64,000 nt of DNA from Blastocystis sp. Blastoise. Taxonomy: Eukaryota; Protista; Bigyra: Opalinata. A program made the translations under genes and the position numbers. The first letter of the stretch is position 1, and the number at the start of each line of letters is the position of its first letter. The notes beneath the pieces are model-generated. The model was given only the letters and a program-made list of their open reading frames with translations. It did no database searches and had not been told where the DNA came from. Positions 60,723 through 64,000 of this stretch are shown here, piece by piece. The stretch spans positions 1,550,001-1,614,000 of the forward strand of contig JBBPEB010000009.1 of the NCBI GenBank assembly GCA_039096225.1, written 5' to 3'.

Positions 60723-61321
60723 TATATATAGTTTTATATATTATATATATAAATAGTTATATATATAAAAGGATATATAGAGATAGGATCTTTAATAAAT
60801 TGAATAGTATTACTAGGTAATCGAATCTTAAGTAACTTATATATATATACATCTATATATATAGTAAAATCAATATAGTCAATAATTTATATATAGAAAG
60901 AGACGATATAATGAATAAGCAGAGTTTACTTATATATATATACATTTGGATCTTCTATAAAAAGACATGGATAGTGTCTGAAAACCGTTGAAATTGGCTG
61001 AATATACCAGGGAATAAAGGCGAGTGTTGTGGGCTGGGGAGACGACGGAACGGTCTGCTTATAACTCTCTTCAATATCTCTATATATATATAATATAATA
61101 AAGATTGATATTATGTATATAGTTCTTATGAATACAATAAACATGTTGTATTATATAATATCAAAATATTTGTATATTTAATATATAAAACATATGTTTA
61201 TATATATAATACATATATTATATATTCTATATATATACGTTAGAGTGATGCACTTTGCGTCATAGAGGGTGAATCCCATGCTTTCTTCACGTACTATAGA
61301 AACACACACTCCTCCCAATCC

Positions 61322-61353
<32 letters not shown>

Positions 61354-61683
61354 TAAATATATAATATAACATATATAATATAATATATATATATAGGATT
61401 AAACATATAATATAATATATATATAGGATTAAATATACAAAAACGATATAAACATATATATATATATACCCTTGTCTTGTCCATAAAGTTGTTCTTCCGT
61501 AACGGGTAGTGGTTTTTCTGTGCTGATATCCTTTTCAGAGTTATTAAGAGAAGGATTTCCCGCCTTTGGAGGAATTGGCGGGGATAACAGATCATTTAAA
61601 AGAGGGTGAATGGCGGATGCAGAAGATAAATCGATAACCGCGGGAATATCTTGAGGAGAAGAAAGAGAACTTTCAGAATTCGG

Positions 61684-61730
<47 letters not shown>

Positions 61731-61931
61731 TGAAATAAATAATAAATACCTTCTTTATTTGTTTCAACTTGTGATTCATTTTGAATATTTTGGCGGGTAT
61801 TTTCAGAAAGCGCGGGAAGTTGTTTACATATATCTCGACATAAAGAACGTATATACACTCCAGACTCACATTTTATATACATATCTACCTATATATATAT
61901 ATATATATAGAAGTATAATAATAGTTGATAC

Positions 61932-61969
<38 letters not shown>

Positions 61970-62047
61970 TTCAGGATGGTCTCCCTCTCTAAAGTTTTCT
62001 ATATGTATATCATATATATGTACATCACGTATCTTAGGGGTTACAGG

Positions 62048-62090
<43 letters not shown>

Positions 62091-63082
62091 TATTATAATA
62101 AAATATTAAAAGAGACAATGTATTCTATTATAAACAATATAATAATAAATATAATAATACTTTTCCTTCTTTATATAAATCACTCAGACGTTTTCCGTCT
62201 TGCTTAACAGCGCTGAAAATAGGAACTTCTTGCTTAATATCACCTTTAAACCTATATATAATAATAATAATAATAAACATAATAATAATAATAAACATAA
62301 TAATAATAATAATAAATATAATAATAATAATAATAATAAACATAATAATAATATATACTGAGATAATAGTCTCTCGATATCTTCTTTCTTTATATAATTA
62401 CATACACGATCAGCAATAATAGGTCTATATATATAAACTAATATATAAACTAATATATATATCTAATTGATTATTATTAAAAATAGACAGATATATATAA
62501 ATGCCTATATATATATATATATAGATACGAGTCAAGATCAATTGATTCTGTCTTAATTCCAAGTCTCCACGTGGATTTATATACTTTTATACTTGGCATA
62601 TACTATAAATAGAAACAAAATTATTTTTTTTTAAATCATTCATTTATCTATGAAAACAAAATAATATTACATAAATACATTCAGTAACTTTGTGGCTGAG
62701 CCAATAGCAATAGGAAGTATACCTTCAGCAGCTTTATCTAGTGTACCACCATGACCAATATCCTTTCGATTCAGTATTTTCTTTAAACGAACAACGCAAT
62801 CATTAGATGTCATACCTAATAGTTATAAAAATAAAATAATAATACCAAATTACAACATTAAATACCTTTTGTTTTATACAAATTAATAAACCCAGACCAA
62901 TTTGTAAAATTATCTTTCTTAAGGTTTGATCTATAATTTTTCTTAACTTGATCTTCAGTCTCATTCAATGTTTCAGACTCCATGGACAATTGGCGAAGAA
63001 AAGTTAATGATTGAGTCAACCTTGTTTGCTTCTTCCATATTGTATTAATGGAATATGAAGCCTTTGTTAAAAAAGAATTCAT
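59331..63082 (-). CDS. truB: tRNA pseudouridine-55 synthase TruB-like protein with low-complexity insertions and probable targeting peptide, multi-exon
   Basis: [58 protein letters not shown]. Confidence 0.9.
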
Positions 63083-63282
63083 GACTCACGTAATAAAACA
63101 AAAGAATTTATAAATCCTATAATCGTGAGAAATTACCAAATATTTGAACAAAAATGAGAGAATTCCGTAGAAATAAAGAAAACACTTTTGTTATTGTTCT
63201 GCTTTCATATTCTTTCACTCTTCATTATTCTAAAGTAATTTATTAAACTTCAGAGTGTTGACATATATTTAAATAAGAGGAA

Positions 63283-64000
63283 ATGGATAATCACCAAAAT
63301 TTCCTCACATCAGGTGTTCATCAAGGTGCTAATGATCAAGAAAGAAGTCAAATAACAGATTTTTCTATAGAATATATTCCATTAGATCATGCTAGTATGT
63401 TATATTATTATTTTTGATGTAATAGTTTGAAATGCTAACACTCTTTTTTAGTTGTATTGAATCCAACAGCATTACTTGGATCTACATTGCATCCTACAAA
63501 TGAATTCGCTGTTCTACCAGGGAATCAAAGAACACTTCCATCAGTATTCAGTATTATGCCTCCTGAAATCTCTGTTCATCCACGAGACTATATGGATATA
63601 ACTGGATCATTGCAGATAAGTCATATGGGAATTCCTGAAATGTCTAATTTAAATCAGCCTTCTCTTCCTCAACAATCTTCATTACCTAAAGACATTCAAC
63701 CACGTAAAATGCAAAATCAAGTCATTATTCCCATGGTAAGGATATATATATATATTATATATGTTATGTTATAAAAGATATTTACAAGAGAATTCAAATT
63801 GTTTATAAATATTGTTTAGATTTCTTATCTATATAATATATATAGGAATATTCAAATGACAATTCTTCTATAAAAGAGGATCCATCACGTGCGTCGTTAT
63901 ATAAATTATTCGAAATACAACCTCCAAAACGTGTACGAACTGCTTATAATTTTTTTGCCCAATCATGTTTTGATTCATTAAAAAAAGAAAATAACACACA
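63283..64000 (+). CDS. Partial gene, probably an HMG-box protein (runs off the window)
   Basis: Spliced ORF ending PPKRVRTAYNFFAQ, the typical start of an HMG box. Confidence 0.6.

Overview
Very AT-rich eukaryotic (protist-like) genomic DNA. The first ~27 kb holds a complete, apparently intact endogenous Polinton-like virus (PLV; 2114-27126). It has ~692-bp terminal inverted repeats and sits inside the first exon of an intron-containing hAT DDE transposase, which in turn abuts a ~1.1-kb non-autonomous TIR element. The virus genes are intronless: two paralogous major capsid proteins, two penton-type minor capsid proteins, an A32-like packaging ATPase, an adenain-like protease, an AEP primase-SF3 helicase, an SSB-like protein, two tyrosine recombinases and several core-like proteins. 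No pPolB or rve integrase is recognisable. Unusual cis features read directly from the sequence: (i) an A-AAA-AAC slippery site plus a long downstream stem-loop that would fuse a core protein to the protease by -1 frameshifting, gag-pro style, with an LRGG cleavage site just after the shift; (ii) perfect heat-shock-element (nGAAn) arrays upstream of the non-structural genes only; (iii) GC-rich 120-nt imperfect hairpins at both termini; (iv) a TGTTTTGTT motif downstream of almost every viral stop codon. From ~29.9 kb the window is host sequence with many TA-rich introns: La-related protein, fucosyltransferase, SHAQKYF-MYB, SPCS3, Moco sulfurase-like protein, tRNA-Leu, a candidate structured ncRNA, GT49, a GT-methyltransferase-like protein, mitochondrial carrier, DHHC palmitoyltransferase, tRNA-Met, N-carbamoylputrescine amidase, TruB and a partial HMG-box gene. 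All calls are by motif recognition without database searches; multi-exon coordinates are outer limits.
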